Part shown: positions 48,801 through 60,104 of the stretch, one piece after another | Layout of the letters: every line of letters starts with the position of its first letter | Position numbering within the stretch: the first letter of the stretch is position 1 | Assembly (NCBI GenBank): GCA_950097015.1 | Contig: CATNEN010000039.1 | Span: forward strand, 13,888,001 to 13,952,000 | Length of the DNA: 64,000 nt | Reading direction: 5' to 3' | Source: Macrostomum hystrix | Lineage: Eukaryota; Animalia; Platyhelminthes | Program-made: the position numbers and the translations under genes | The notes under the pieces: model-generated | What the model was told of the DNA's origin: nothing | Databases searched by the model: none | Seen by the model: the letters and a program-made list of their open reading frames with translations, nothing else

Positions 48801-49945
48801 CAGATTCCGCCTGCTTGACCTCAACAGACTGGACGGCCTGGTGGAGCTTTGGCCCGCTGATCCCGCTGGGCTGGACGAAGAGGTAAGTTAGGCGGGTCGG
48901 TTTAGGTCAGGTTAGGTTAGGTCAGATCATGTCAGGTAGGTTAGTTTGGGTCAGTTTAAGTGAGGGGTGTCAGTTTAGGTCAGGGGATGTCAGTTTAGGT
49001 CAGGGGTGTCAGTTTAGGTCAGGGGATGTTATTTTAGGTCAGGGCATGTCAGTTTAGGTCAGGGCATGTCAGTTTAGGTCAGGGGATGTTATTTTAGGTC
49101 AGGGCATGTCAGTTTAGGTCAGGGCATGTCAGTTTAGGTCAGGGGATGTTATTTTAGGTCAGAACATGTCAGTTTAGGTCAGGGGTGTCAGTTTAGGTCA
49201 GGGGATGTCAGTTTAGGTCAGGGGATGTTATTTTTGGTCAGGGCATGTCAGTTTAGGTCAGGGCATGTCAGTTTAGGTCAGGGCATGTCAGTTTAGGTCA
49301 GGGGATGTTATTTTAGGTCAGAACATGTCAGTTTAGGTCAGGGGTGTCAGTTTAGTCAGGGGATGTCAGTTTTTGTCTGGGGATGTTAGTTTCTGTTATG
49401 GAATGTCAGTTTAGGATATTCGATGTCAGTTTAGGTCAGGCAAATCTGTTTAGTTTAATACAAGGGAGATCAGGTCAGTTCAGGTGAAGTCAGGTTAGTA
49501 TTGTTAAATTGAGGCCAGGTGTGTTATCCCATAATTCGCTCTCAACCAGGTGGAGACAACCTGTGTGTCCCAGCTGGACCTGTCCTGTGTGCTGGTCTGT
49601 CACCGTAACCAGGCGCGCCTATTTCACCCGGCAACGGGTCGAGCGTTGGGCGCCGCCTTGTCGCTGGGCTTCACAATCGAGAGCGCTCTGTCCCTGGAGG
49701 ACCGGGCTGTTGTCTGCTTCTACAAGCACGGCTTTCAGGCCCGCTGCTTTGAATCGGTGGCCAACGAAATCTGCGACGGCGATGTGCTGCACAGCTTCGA
49801 AGATCGCGACCATGTGTACAGGTTTGTGGGAGTGGCCGGGCCCAGTCCGGTGCTGGAGCGTCGGCCTGTACACGATCCGATGGCCAGCTGCGATCTGCTA
49901 CTCATTGTGGGGTGCGGGCATGCCAAGGCCGACCCCGTGGCCTAA
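36896..49945 (+). CDS. MAP4K3: GCK-I subfamily MAP4K (MAP4K3/5, happyhour-like) Ser/Thr kinase with C-terminal CNH domain, 10 exons, ~901 aa
   Basis: Exons 36896-37051, 38283-38431, 38511-38829, 40347-40921, 41858-41944, 45722-45784, 45879-45936, 46429-46938, 48490-48882 and 49550-49945 splice in frame (2706 nt). Kinase motifs [81 protein letters not shown] start [12 protein letters not shown]...[10 protein letters not shown]. The symbol denotes the subfamily, not one-to-one orthology. Confidence 0.9.
38839..40268. repeat. 43-bp tandem repeat (with 38-bp deletion variant) in MAP4K intron 3
   Basis: AGATCCCATAGATGAATTGGGAAGACTAGTTCATGACACATTC, about 34 copies. Confidence 0.95.
40941..41469. 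repeat. 35-bp then 33-bp tandem repeat in MAP4K intron 4, abutting a SINE head
   Basis: GGGTCAGTAGCATCCTGACAGCAGGAT followed by ATGGGGGT (5 copies) or by TACTGT (~10 copies). Confidence 0.95.
41470..41790 (+). mobile_element. tRNA-derived SINE (family A), full length, (ATT)n tail
   Basis: A box TGGCAGAGTGGT at 41477-41488 and B box GAGCTCGATTCC at 41521-41532. The 3' ~100 bp recur at 57377-57478; internal parts recur at 10253 and 62364. Confidence 0.85.
42059..43156. repeat. 21-bp tandem repeat (GGGATCTAGATGGGATGCAGT) in MAP4K intron 5
   Basis: About 52 copies, with degenerate precursors from ~41958. Confidence 0.95.
43665..44545. repeat. 21-22-bp pyrimidine-rich array drifting from CCTTCGATTCTCCCCTATTT to TTTCATGGATTTTCCCCCTGT
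   Basis: Direct inspection. Confidence 0.9.
45045..45596. repeat. 19-bp tandem repeat (AGAAAGAGTGACAG[A/G]TTGG)
   Basis: About 29 copies, with A/G variants often alternating. Confidence 0.95.
46036..46390. repeat. 48-bp tandem repeat in MAP4K intron 7
   Basis: TTGGCCATAGACAACAGGCAGGCTCTCTAATAACCAATCTTCAGAAGC, about 7 copies. Confidence 0.95.
46981..47292. repeat. 21-bp tandem repeat (CTCTCTGCCCTCCCTCACACC) in MAP4K intron 8
   Basis: About 15 copies. Confidence 0.95.
47705..48450. repeat. 20-22-bp tandem repeat (CCCAACACCCATATTTTTAT) in MAP4K intron 8
   Basis: Direct inspection. Confidence 0.9.
48885..49500. repeat. 19-20-bp tandem repeat (GTCAGTTTAGGTCAGGGCAT) in MAP4K intron 9
   Basis: Direct inspection; both ends are degenerate. 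Confidence 0.9.
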
Positions 49946-50712
49946 TTGCACTAATTAGGTCACTAATTAGGTGACGGATAGATTGTTGTCATAGCTGCTC
50001 CCGCCGTTTACTCGCGAGTCTGAAAATACATGCGAAGAAAACTGTATAGTAATGTAGCTTAGGCTTTATCAATAGACAGAGCACGCAGGGTACCTCAAAT
50101 AGCCACTGTCTACTAAACATAATATTTTATGGCGAACCCATAGTGGCCCAATACCATTGTACTATGAATCTAGCCCGATTTCTGGACTTTAATTGCGATT
50201 GGTTGAAAATTTTATGAGATGCAGAAAAATAGAACAGTGGGTATTCGAAACACCCCGTGTTCTTTCTACTGTTACAAAAAGCAACGCGATTTTTGTTATA
50301 TTTATAACCATTGATAAAGCTTATGCTCTCTAATGCGTTATTTAGCTTCACCTGCTACTGCTAGTAGAATGCTGCGTAGAATTGCTTATTCTTCCAGCCA
50401 GTGCTGCGGCTCCGTGCGCTTATGATTTTGTGCAAACAAACAATTCCAGCGGAGTGGCTTTTTCTTAATGAAATGCAAACTTATTTGCTGGCTGAACAGA
50501 GTTTTTTTGTATAAATGTTCTTAAGAAAACTATCTGATTCGATATTGCTTTCGAAAAAATCTCATTTCGAATTTTTAACTTTTTCTGCTTTTTCAACACT
50601 GCTTTTATTGTTTTATTCGTTGATTTGCACGAAATTTTTATCTTTACCTTCACCGGCTTGTCTTTTGACCTTAGAACAGAGATCCTAATCTACAGATTCA
50701 TCAAAAGTTTCA

Positions 50713-51262
50713 TCTATACACTCTAGATTCTAATCTATAGATTCTAGATTCTAATCTATAGATTCTAGATTCTAATCTATAGATTCTAGATTCTAATCTA
50801 TAGATTCTAGATTCTAATCTATAGATTCTAGGTTCTAATCTATAGATTCTAGGTTCTAATCTATAGATTCTAGGTTCTAATCTATAGATTCTAGGTTCTA
50901 ATCTATAGATTCTAGGTTCTAATCTATAAATTCTAAATTTTAATATATAAGTTCTAGATTCTAGTCTATAGATTCTAGGTTCTAATCTATAGATTCTAGA
51001 TTCTAATCTATAGATTCTAGGTTCCAATCTTTAGATTCTAGGTTCTAATCTATAAATTCTAGATTTTAAAATATAAGTTCTAGGTTCTAATCTATAGATT
51101 CTAGGTTCTAATCTATAGATTCTAGGTTCTAATCTATAGATTCTAGGTTATAGTCTATAGATTCTAGATTCCAATCTATAGAGTCAAGGTTATAATCTAT
51201 AGACTTTAAGTTCTAATCTGTAGATTCTAAGATCTAATCTATAGATTTTCGTTTTTAATCTA
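50713..51262. repeat. 21-bp tandem repeat (TCTAGATTCTAATCTATAGAT)
   Basis: About 26 copies. Confidence 0.93.
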
Positions 51263-51810
51263 TCGACCTTTGGTTTTAATCGACTTATTTGATGTATTTA
51301 TTATTTTGAAGCAATATAAAAACTTCACCTCAACTCTGCCTAGAAGACACTACTGCTTGCGATCACTGCAATAGTTTGCCAGGATTTTTAAACTGTTTGG
51401 CAAAAAATTCACCCTTTTTACCTTTGTTCTTTACTAGGTTTTTTAGATTGTATCTAATGCATGAATTTAGCCTCGTCTAGTCACAGATTGATTATAATTA
51501 TCATTGAGCTGACTATCGTTATTTATTCATTATTCATTATAACTGCGAACACTTTAATTTTATATTGTTTGTCTGTCTGCTTACCTGTTTTCTTAAATGT
51601 AGTTTTTTTACACAGCTGGGACAGTATGACTTCCTCTATTGTTGCATAATTCTATCATAGCCAGTAATAGGAGCAGTTTACTTTGATACTATTGTTCATT
51701 TTTTATTTTGCATGCTTGCGTATTGTGTTCCTTATTTGGTTATCATGTTAGACTATGTACAATAAGTATGCAATCTTTCAGTCAGGCTTTTAGCTGGCTA
51801 TCTGTCATTG

Positions 51811-52101
51811 TGTCTGTCTGCCTGCATGTCTGTCTGTCTGCCTGTCTGTCTGCCTGTCTCTCTGTCTGCCTGTCTGTCTGCCTGTCTCTCTGTCTCTCTG
51901 TCTGCCTGCCTGTCTGTCTGCCTGTCTCTCTGTCTGCCTGTCTGTCTGTCTGCCTGCCTGTCTGTCTGCCTGTCTCTCTGTCTGCCTGTCTCTCTGTCTG
52001 CCTGTCTGTCTGTCTGCCTGCCTGTCTGTCTGCCTGTCTGCCTGCCTGCCTGCCTGCCTGCCTGTCTGCCTGCCTGTCTGTCTGTCTGCCTGTCTGCCTG
52101 T

Positions 52102-52142
<41 letters not shown>

Positions 52143-53020
52143 TGCCTGCCTGTCTGTCTGTCTGCCTGTCTCTCTGTCTGTCTGCCTGCCTGTCTGCCTG
52201 CCTGTCTGTCTGTCTGCCTGTCTCTCTGTCTGCCTGCCTGCCTGTCTGCCTGTCTGTCTGCCTGTCTCTCTGTCTCTCTGTCTGCCTGTCTGCCTGCCTG
52301 CCTGCCTGTCTGCCTGCCTGCCTGTCTGCCTGTCTGTCTGCCTGTCTGCCTGTCTGTCTGCCTGCCTGTCTCTCTGTCTGTCTCTCTGCCTGCCTGTCTC
52401 TCTGTCTGACTGCCTGTCTCTCTGTCTGCCTGCCTGTCTGCCTGCCTGCCTGCCTGTCTGCCTGCCTGCCTGTCTGCCTGCCTGCCTGTCTGCCTGTCTG
52501 TCTGCCTGTCTGTCTGCCTGCCTGTCTCTCTGTCTGTCTCTCTGCCTGCCTGTCTCTCTGTCTGTCTGCCTGTCTCTCTGTCTGTCTGCCTGTCTCTCTG
52601 CCTGCCTGTCTCTCTGTCTGTCTGCCTGTCTCTCTGTCTGTCTGCCTGTCTCTCTGCCTGCCTGTCTCTCTGTCTGTCTGCCTGTCTCTCTGCCTGCCTG
52701 TCTCTCTGTCTGTCTGTCTGTCTCTCTGCCTGCCTGTCTCTCTGTCTGTCTGCCTGTCTCTCTGCCTGCCTGTCTCTCTGTCTGTCTGTCTGTCTCTCTG
52801 TCTGTCTGTCTGTCTCTCTGTCTGTCTGTCTGTCTCTCTGTCTGTCTGTCTTTCTCTCTGCCTGCCTGTCTCTGTCTGTCTGCCTGTCTCCCTGCCTGCC
52901 TGCCTGTCTGCCTGTCTATCTGCCTGTCTGTCTGCCTGTCTGCCTGTCTGCCTGCCTGTCTGTCTGCCTGTCTGTCTGCCTGTCTGTCTGCCTGTCTGTC
53001 TGCCTGTCTGCCTGTCTGTC
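51811..53020. repeat. (CTGT/CTGC/CT)n compound microsatellite
   Basis: Direct inspection. Confidence 0.95.
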
Positions 53021-53617
53021 AAAAATCTTCCTAAGTCCTCTACAGCTTCCCTGACTACAAGCCTGCTTGCCCGGAAAGCTGCTGTTGGATGATTTTGAAG
53101 CCGCTACAAAATCTCAGCCATCGCTTTCTTCCGCTCCTGAAACCTTAGCGCACCAAAGTCTTGGCTTGCCTCAATTTGTGAATTTCGTGTCCAGGCATCT
53201 GTGCACCTTTTTACACCTTTGAAATTGCGAGTAGAGTTGAGTTCTGATGATTTCATCATGTTAAAGTACAATAGAACTAATCTAGACTTTGATTTGATGC
53301 TTTCTGATGCGCTCTCTTTTAATTAGTAATAGAAACAAAAGAGATTATTTGACATTGTGCGTGTGTTTTTCCCGCTATTATTAGCTCCATAAAAGTTTTT
53401 TAAAGTAAAAAAAAGTGCTCTTTAAAACGTTTTTTCTGCTCTATGTGAGTAAAATATAGGCAAATACATAATTATATAATAAAAGTGCATACTTGTTATT
53501 TTTAGCTATAGCCTGCTGCCGGCATCAGCTCTTTGGCAGTCTTAATGTGGCTATTTTAAATGAGTTTTTAGTTGCTGAAATTGTTTTTTTCCTGATTATT
53601 TATGTGCATCGGACTAT

Positions 53618-54016
53618 TGTACATTGTGGATTTCCCACCGACCTTGACGAATTTACATTGTGGATTTCCCACCGACCTCTGACGAATGTACACTGGGGAT
53701 TCCCCACCTACCTCATAAGAATCTGAATTTTGGATTTTCCACCGACTCGGACGAATGTACGTTGTGGATTCCCCACCGACCTCTGACGAATGTACGTTGT
53801 GGATTGCCCACCGACGTCTGACGAATGTACGTTGTGAATTCCCCACCGACCTCTGACGAATGTACGTTGTGGATTGCCCACCGACGTCTGACGAATGTAC
53901 GTTGTGGATTGCCCACCGACGTCTGAAAAATGTACACTGGATTGCTCACCGACGTCTGAGGAAAGTACATTGCGAATTTCCCACTCAGCTCGGACAAATG
54001 TACACTGTGGATTTCC
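53618..54016. repeat. 35-bp tandem repeat (CTGACGAATGTACGTTGTGGATTGCCCACCGACGT)
   Basis: About 11 variably diverged copies. Confidence 0.9.
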
Positions 54017-54679
54017 GAGTTGCAGGTTACAGTTCCAGTTACAGGTTCGGACTTCTGACAGCCAGGTAGTTTGAATATTAGGTTATTTGCGTCATTGCAT
54101 CATAATTAATTCCATAGTGTTTCAGTTCATATAGCTGTAAAATCACAGCATCCATCCTCTGGCTAGAAATTTGGGTGGGTATGTCCATAGACTTGTAGAC
54201 ATAGACATAGACATTGTATTAAATCTCGGATGTTGTGGAAAAGCTATCGGCTTCATCTTATCCGCCTTCAGCCCGATACCATCTACTGATTTCCAGTCGG
54301 CCCGTTTTTTCATCATCAGATATTTTTATTCAAAGCCGACCAAGGTGTAGACGGCGCTGGAGAGGGGATGGGCGGAGAGAGATTTGAGCAGCCGAACCTG
54401 AGCGGGCCCAGATAAGCGGCTTCTCAAAGGAAACTGCCAGCTAAAATTGTACTCGGACAAGTCGAGATCTCGAAGCTTATCGATTTCCTACTCCGAGTGT
54501 GTAGGCTGTGAAACTGGCGCTAGTTTGGAATGTTAATTCCACTCGACAATTCGCAACAGCCGCCCGCCGGTAGTTTGTACATTTTCCTGATTAGGCGAAC
54601 ACACTTATGTATCTTTTTTACTTTATGCCTAAAGTTTGAGTAGCTTACATGAAATTTGTTTTGCAGCTTTGCTAATTGA

Positions 54680-54990
54680 TGTGGGTGATGGAGTGGGGTG
54701 GTTGATGATGTGGGTTAGATGGTGGAGCGAGGTGGGTGGTGGAGTGAATTGGTCGATGGAGTGAGGTGGGTGGTGGAGCCAGGTGGGTGGTGGAGTGAGG
54801 TGGGTGGTGGAGCGAGGTGGGTGGTGGAGTGAGTTGGTCAATGGAGTGAGGTGGGTGGTGGAGCGAGGTGGGTGGTGGAGTGAGTTGGTCGATAGAGTGA
54901 AGTTATCAACAGAGTGAGATCCGTGATAGAGTAGGGTGGTTGATGGAGTGAGGAGATGGAGTGAGGTGGGTGATTGAGTGAGGTGGTCAA
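54680..54990. repeat. G-rich ~17-18-bp degenerate repeat (GGTGGTGGAG[C/T]GAGGTG)
   Basis: Direct inspection. Confidence 0.85.
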
Positions 54991-56005
54991 TAGAGCCAGG
55001 TGGATGAAAAATATCTGCAAACACGGCACATTTAACAGATAACTAAGAAAGTATAATTGATTAACATTGCATTCTTTGCTTACCCTAGGACACAGTAATT
55101 TTAACAATCACATTAATCTAGATGTCTATTGTATTTCATTAATTTTATCGCAAACATTGTAAGCAGGTTTTACTGCCAGCTAATCGTTGTTATTACCTTG
55201 TATAATATAATGCAATATGTGAGATGCTACCTTCAAAATAGGCAAATTTTATGTACTATAAGAATTCAGACCTTTGGACTCAAAGTAGCGCATACGGTAG
55301 GTACAGAACTGCGACCATAGACGCTGAGCCATAGATTATTTAAGAAAAAAATACAATTTTCTACATTACTCATAAAGTACATTCAGCAAATTCTTCGACA
55401 AGAATCGCAGAATATTTCGCCAACGGTTTTAAAGCTTTCTTTATTGTAAAGGGCGGAAAATGTTTATCCATATGGTGGACTTTCAAGAAAATCGGTAATT
55501 GTGGGGAAACTGGGAAAGGAATTCATTGTGCCGATAAAGTTAAGGAGGAGCAGTGACCTGTGCGAATGTACATTGTGCCCTTGATTCTATATTTATGGAT
55601 TGTTAAGTTGGACAGAAAATGGAGGGGGGTTGGCGGTGAGATAAGAGAGTGCGCGACTGAGGGTAGCAGAGCAGGCTAGAAGGTGACCGGTGGACCAATC
55701 GGAAGGCAGAAAAGGAGAGAGATCAAGGTCAGGGGTGGAGTATAAGATAGAATTAGGGCGAGGTGAGAGCCGACAGTGAAGAGGGGGGTATTTGAAATAC
55801 ACTGTATGGTGGACTTTCACCAGGGAGAAAAATTTCCACTCTTAAATATACTTTGAGTTCGATTTACAGAACCACAACGTGCACACTATCGACTTAGCAT
55901 ATATCCAGATTTACATGCGGCTGACTGTACACCCGGTAGAATGTACATCTCCCAGAATGAACATTCAACCATATGTACACTGGATTCGATAATGTACATC
56001 CTCCG

Positions 56006-56458
56006 TCACACTGAGCAGGCCTCCACCGTGATCCGCGGCACCAGAGCTTCAGCGCCGGCTACGGCAGCCGCCGAGCGTCTCTGCGCCGACGTCGGATTGA
56101 CGGCCGACGCCGCAGCGGCTTCGGCGCTGATCCGGCGCCGCTCGGCCACCTCGCGGAGGTAGCGCTCCGCCCGCCTGTCCGACTTTGATGCCGCGTAGCG
56201 AGTGCAAACAGCCACCATGGCGACGAAGCCGACGCTGGCGATGCAGAGGAAGGCGACGACAAAGATGAAGTCTTTGTGCCCACTGTCATCGTCATCGGCT
56301 GCGACGCCAGTGGCTGGCGGGGTTGAAGAAGGCGTCAAGTCCGCCTCAGGGCGTGCCGATGCCCGAAGCTGCTGGATGGAAGCGTCGGTGGCAACTGCGT
56401 TATCTGACGGCCGCAGCAGCAGCATCATCAGATACATCAGCCAATGTCCACTCGACAT
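56006..56458 (-). CDS. Small type I membrane protein, 150 aa, unknown family
   Basis: GC-rich ORF with a hydrophobic N-terminus (WLMYLMMLLL), an acidic S/T/P-rich ectodomain, a TM segment FIFVVAFLCIASVGFVAMVAVC followed by basic residues, and a C-terminal -CSV. Splice acceptor CTCTTGCTTCAG lies 2 nt before the ATG. Confidence 0.7.
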   Translation of the reverse strand: MSSGHWLMYLMMLLLRPSDNAVATDASIQQLRASARPEADLTPSSTPPATGVAADDDDSGHKDFIFVVAFLCIASVGFVAMVAVCTRYAASKSDRRAERYLREVAERRRISAEAAAASAVNPTSAQRRSAAAVAGAEALVPRITVEACSV

Positions 56459-56492
56459 GGCTGAAGCAAGAGTGGGGGTTAAAAATATTGGA

Positions 56493-57371
56493 ATCTCAGT
56501 CTCAACTCAGTCATCAACCTCAGTCTCAACCTCAGTCTCAGTCTCAATCTCAATCTCAGTCTCAGTCTCAGTCTCAGTCTCAACCTCAGTCTCAACCTCA
56601 GTCCCAGTCTCAACCTCAGTCTCAGTCTCAACCTCAGTCTCAGTCTCAACCTCAGTCTCAACCTCAGTCTCAACCTCAGTCTCAGTCTCAACCTCAGTCT
56701 CAACCTCAGTCTCAGTCTCAACCTCAGTCTCAACCTCAGTCTCAACCTCAGTCTCAACCTCAGTCTCAACCTCAGTCTCAGTCTCAACCTCAGTCTCAGT
56801 CTCAACCTCAGTCTCAACCTCAGTCTCAGTCTCAACCTCAGTCTCAGTCTCAACCTAAATCTCAGTCTCTGTCTCAGTCTCAGTCTCAGTCTCAGTCTCA
56901 GTCTCAACCTCAGTCTCAGTCTCAGTCTCAGTCTCAGTCTCAGTCTCAACTTAAGTCTCAACCTCAGTCTCAGTCTCAGTCTCAGCCTCAGTCTCAACCT
57001 CAGTCTCAGTCTAAACCTCAGTCTAAACCTCAGTCTCAGTCTCAGTCTCAGTCTCTGTCTCAGTCTCTGTCTCTGTCTCAGTCTCAGTCTCAGTCTCAGC
57101 CTCAGTCTCAACCTCAGTCTCAGTCTAAACCTCAGTCTAAACCTCAGTCTCAGTCTCAGTCTCAGTCTCAGTCTCAGTCTCAGCCTCAGTCTCAACCTCA
57201 GTCTCAGTCTAAACCTCAGTCTAAACCTCAGTCTCAGTCTCAGTCTCAGTCTCAGTCTCAGTCTCAGTCTCTGTCTCAGTCTCAGTCACAGTCTCAACCT
57301 CAGTCTCAACCTCAGTCTCAGTCTCAACCTCAGTCTCAGTCTCAGTCTCAGTCTCAATCTCAATCTCAGTC
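56493..57371. repeat. (CAGTCT/CAACCT)n hexamer microsatellite
   Basis: Direct inspection. Confidence 0.95.
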
Positions 57372-57376
57372 AATCT

Positions 57377-57478
57377 TCAGCGAAATGGGCAGAATTGCCT
57401 CCTCGCTGGCTGCGGGTCTAGTGTCACCAAATGATGTGCCATTGCCCGCAGCCCTCCTGCAGTTATTATTATTATTAT
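57377..57478 (+). mobile_element. 5'-truncated copy of the family A SINE (3' tail only)
   Basis: Matches 41694-41790 with a few substitutions and ends in (TTA)n. Confidence 0.85.
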
Positions 57479-58019
57479 TTGCTGTCAGATTTCTTTGAGT
57501 GGGGAAAATATTTTCTCAGAAAGCTCGTCGACTAGCATGGTAATTCTAAATCCACAGTTTTCCCACCTGCGGTGGGCGAGTGGGTTAGAGTCGCCGAACT
57601 GACATTCTGTGAGCTCACTCTGCTAAGACGGACGCGCGACAGAAGATGCGTGTGGCGAACCCGGACACACAAACACAACTCAACTACGAGTAATTCAGCT
57701 CAAATCCTTACAGTTAGCGGTTGTTCCCCGTCTTTAACGATTTTATTAGAAAGCTCTGAGAGAAAAGACTATTAGAAGAAGACACTGGTGCGAACAGTCC
57801 CAACCCCCGTGAGAAGTCCGCCTCTACTTTTAGGCGTTATTGATTAATCGTGCACTAAGCCTTGATGTAAGTCTTGAAGAAGACTTTGAATATATTCAGA
57901 GGTTTGGCCCAGTCGATGTCTATCAGCGAGGGAGATGGGGGAAATTTTTAGGCTGAAAAACTGCCTTAAAAACATTTATCTTCTTTTTTCACCAGTTTTT
58001 GTCAAGCGATTGCTTTCAA

Positions 58020-59805
58020 TGAGAGCTAGGGAGAGGGTGAGAGCTAGGGAGAGGGTGAGAGCTAGGGAGAGGGTGAGAGCTAGTGAGAGGGTGAGAGCTA
58101 GGGAGAGGGTGAGAGCTAGGGAGAGGGTGAGAGCTAGGGAGAGGGTGAGAGCTAGGGAGAGGGTAAGAGCTAGGGAGAGGATGAGAGCTAGGGAGAGGGT
58201 GAGAGCTAGGGAGAGGGTGAGAGCTAGGGAGAGGGTGAGAGCTAGGGAGAGGGTGAGAGCTAGGGAGAGGAGAGCTAGGGAGAGGGTGAGAGCTAGGTAG
58301 AGGGTAAGAGCTAGGGAGAGGATGAGAGCTAGGGAGAGGATGAGAGCTAGGGAGAGGGTAAGAGCTAGGGAGAGGGTAAGAGCTAGGGAGAGGATGAGAG
58401 CTAGGGAGAGGATGAGAGCTAGGGAGAGGATGAGAGCTAGGGAGAGGGTGAGAGCTAGGGAGAGGGTAAGAGCTAGGGAGAGGATGAGAGCTAGGGAGAG
58501 GGTGAGAGCTAGGGAGAGGGTGAGAGCTAGGGAGAGGGTGAGAGCTAGGGAGAGGATGAGAGCTAGGGAGAGGGTGAGAGCTAGGGAGAGGGTAAGAGCT
58601 AGGGAGAGGATGAGAGCTAGGGAGAGGATGAGAGCTAGGGAGAGGGTAAGAGCTAGGGAGAGGGTAAGAGCTAGGGAGAGGATGAGAGCTAGGGAGAGGA
58701 TGAGAGCTAGGGAGAGGGTGAGAGCTAGGGAGAGGGTAAGAGCTAGGGAGAGGATGAGAGCTAGGGAGAGGGTGAGAGCTAGGGAGAGGGTGAGAGCTAG
58801 GGAGAGGGTGAGAGCTAGGGAGAGGGTGAGAGCTAGGGAGAGGGTGAGAGCTAGGGAGAGGATGAGAGCTAGGGAGAGGGTGAGAGCTAGGGAGAGGGTA
58901 AGAGCTAGGGAGAGGGTGAGAGCTAGGGAGAGGATGAGAGCTAGGGAGAGGATGAGAGCTAGGGAGAGGATGAGAGCTAGGGAGAGGATGAGAGCTAGGG
59001 AGAGGAGAGCTAGGGAGAGGGTGAGAGCTAGGGAGAGGATGAGAGCTAGGGAGAGGGTGAGAGCTAGGGAGAGGGTAAGAGCTAGGGAGAGGATGAGAGC
59101 TAGGGAGAGGGTGAGAGCTAGGGAGAGGGTGAGAGCTAGGGAGAGGGTAAGAGCTAGGGAGAGGATGAGAGCTAGGGAGAGGGTGAGAGCTAGGGAGAGG
59201 GTAAGAGCTAGGGAGAGGATGAGAGCTAGGGAGAGGATGAGAGCTAGGGAGAGGGTGAGAGCTAGGGAGAGGGTGAGAGCTAGGGAGAGGGTGAGAGCTA
59301 GGGAGAGGGTGAGAGCTAGGGAGAGGGTGAGAGCTAGGGAGAGGGTGAGAGCTAGGGAGAGGGTGAGAGCTAGGGAGAGGGTGAGAGCTAGGGAGAGGGT
59401 AAGAGCTAGGGAGAGGATGAGAGCTAGGGAGAGGGTGAGAGCTAGGGAGAGGATGAGAGCTAGGGAGAGGGTGAGAGCTAGGGAGAGGGTGAGAGCTAGG
59501 GAGAGGGTGAGAGCTAGGGAGAGGGTGAGAGCTAGGGAGAGGGTAAGAGCTAGGGAGAGGATGAGAGCTAGGGAGAGGGTGAGAGCTAGGGAGAGGATGA
59601 GAGCTAGGGAGAGGGTGAGAGCTAGGGAGAGGGTGAGAGCTAGGGAGAGGGTAAGAGCTAGGGAGAGGATGAGAGCTAGGGAGAGGGTGAGAGCTAGGGA
59701 GAGGATGAGAGCTAGGGAGAGGGTAAGAGCTAGGGAGAGGATGAGAGCTAGGGAGAGGGTGAGAGCTAGGGAGAGGATGAGAGCTAGGGAGAGAGTGAGA
59801 GCTAT
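58020..59805. repeat. 18-bp purine-rich tandem repeat (GAGAGCTAGGGAGAGGGT)
   Basis: About 99 copies. Confidence 0.97.
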
Positions 59806-59880
59806 GGTAGTGAGGGTCTAACGTTCATGCCTGTTAAATTTGCATTCATCGAAAACTGTCAGATAAAATATTTAGCTTAC

Positions 59881-59960
59881 CTGCGACGACACCAGAAACT
59901 TCGAATAGCAGCTGTGAGTTAGTCAGCTTAACGAACGAGCTTCTACCTGAATCAGTCAGG
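59881..59960 (-). other. Candidate non-coding first exon of the 150-aa membrane-protein gene
   Basis: Strong donor CAG|GTAAGC at 59881/59880 on the minus strand, with CCAAT/ATTGG motifs at ~60004-60075 upstream. The 5' boundary is uncertain. Confidence 0.35.
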
Positions 59961-60104
59961 GAGGCGACGGTCAGTCATCAACCGTTTGTTGAACAGAGCT
60001 AGACCAATCAGAGAGCTTCAGGAGTCATTGGATGACGGAGCTTTGAGAGTTAGTGTGGACTAAGCTAAACCAATTTGGCTTATGGGCGATAAAATGTAGA
60101 AAAA

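Noticed and set aside
58020-59805. Telomeric repeat
   Set aside because: Contains TAGGG only within an 18-bp unit, not as (TTAGGG)n.
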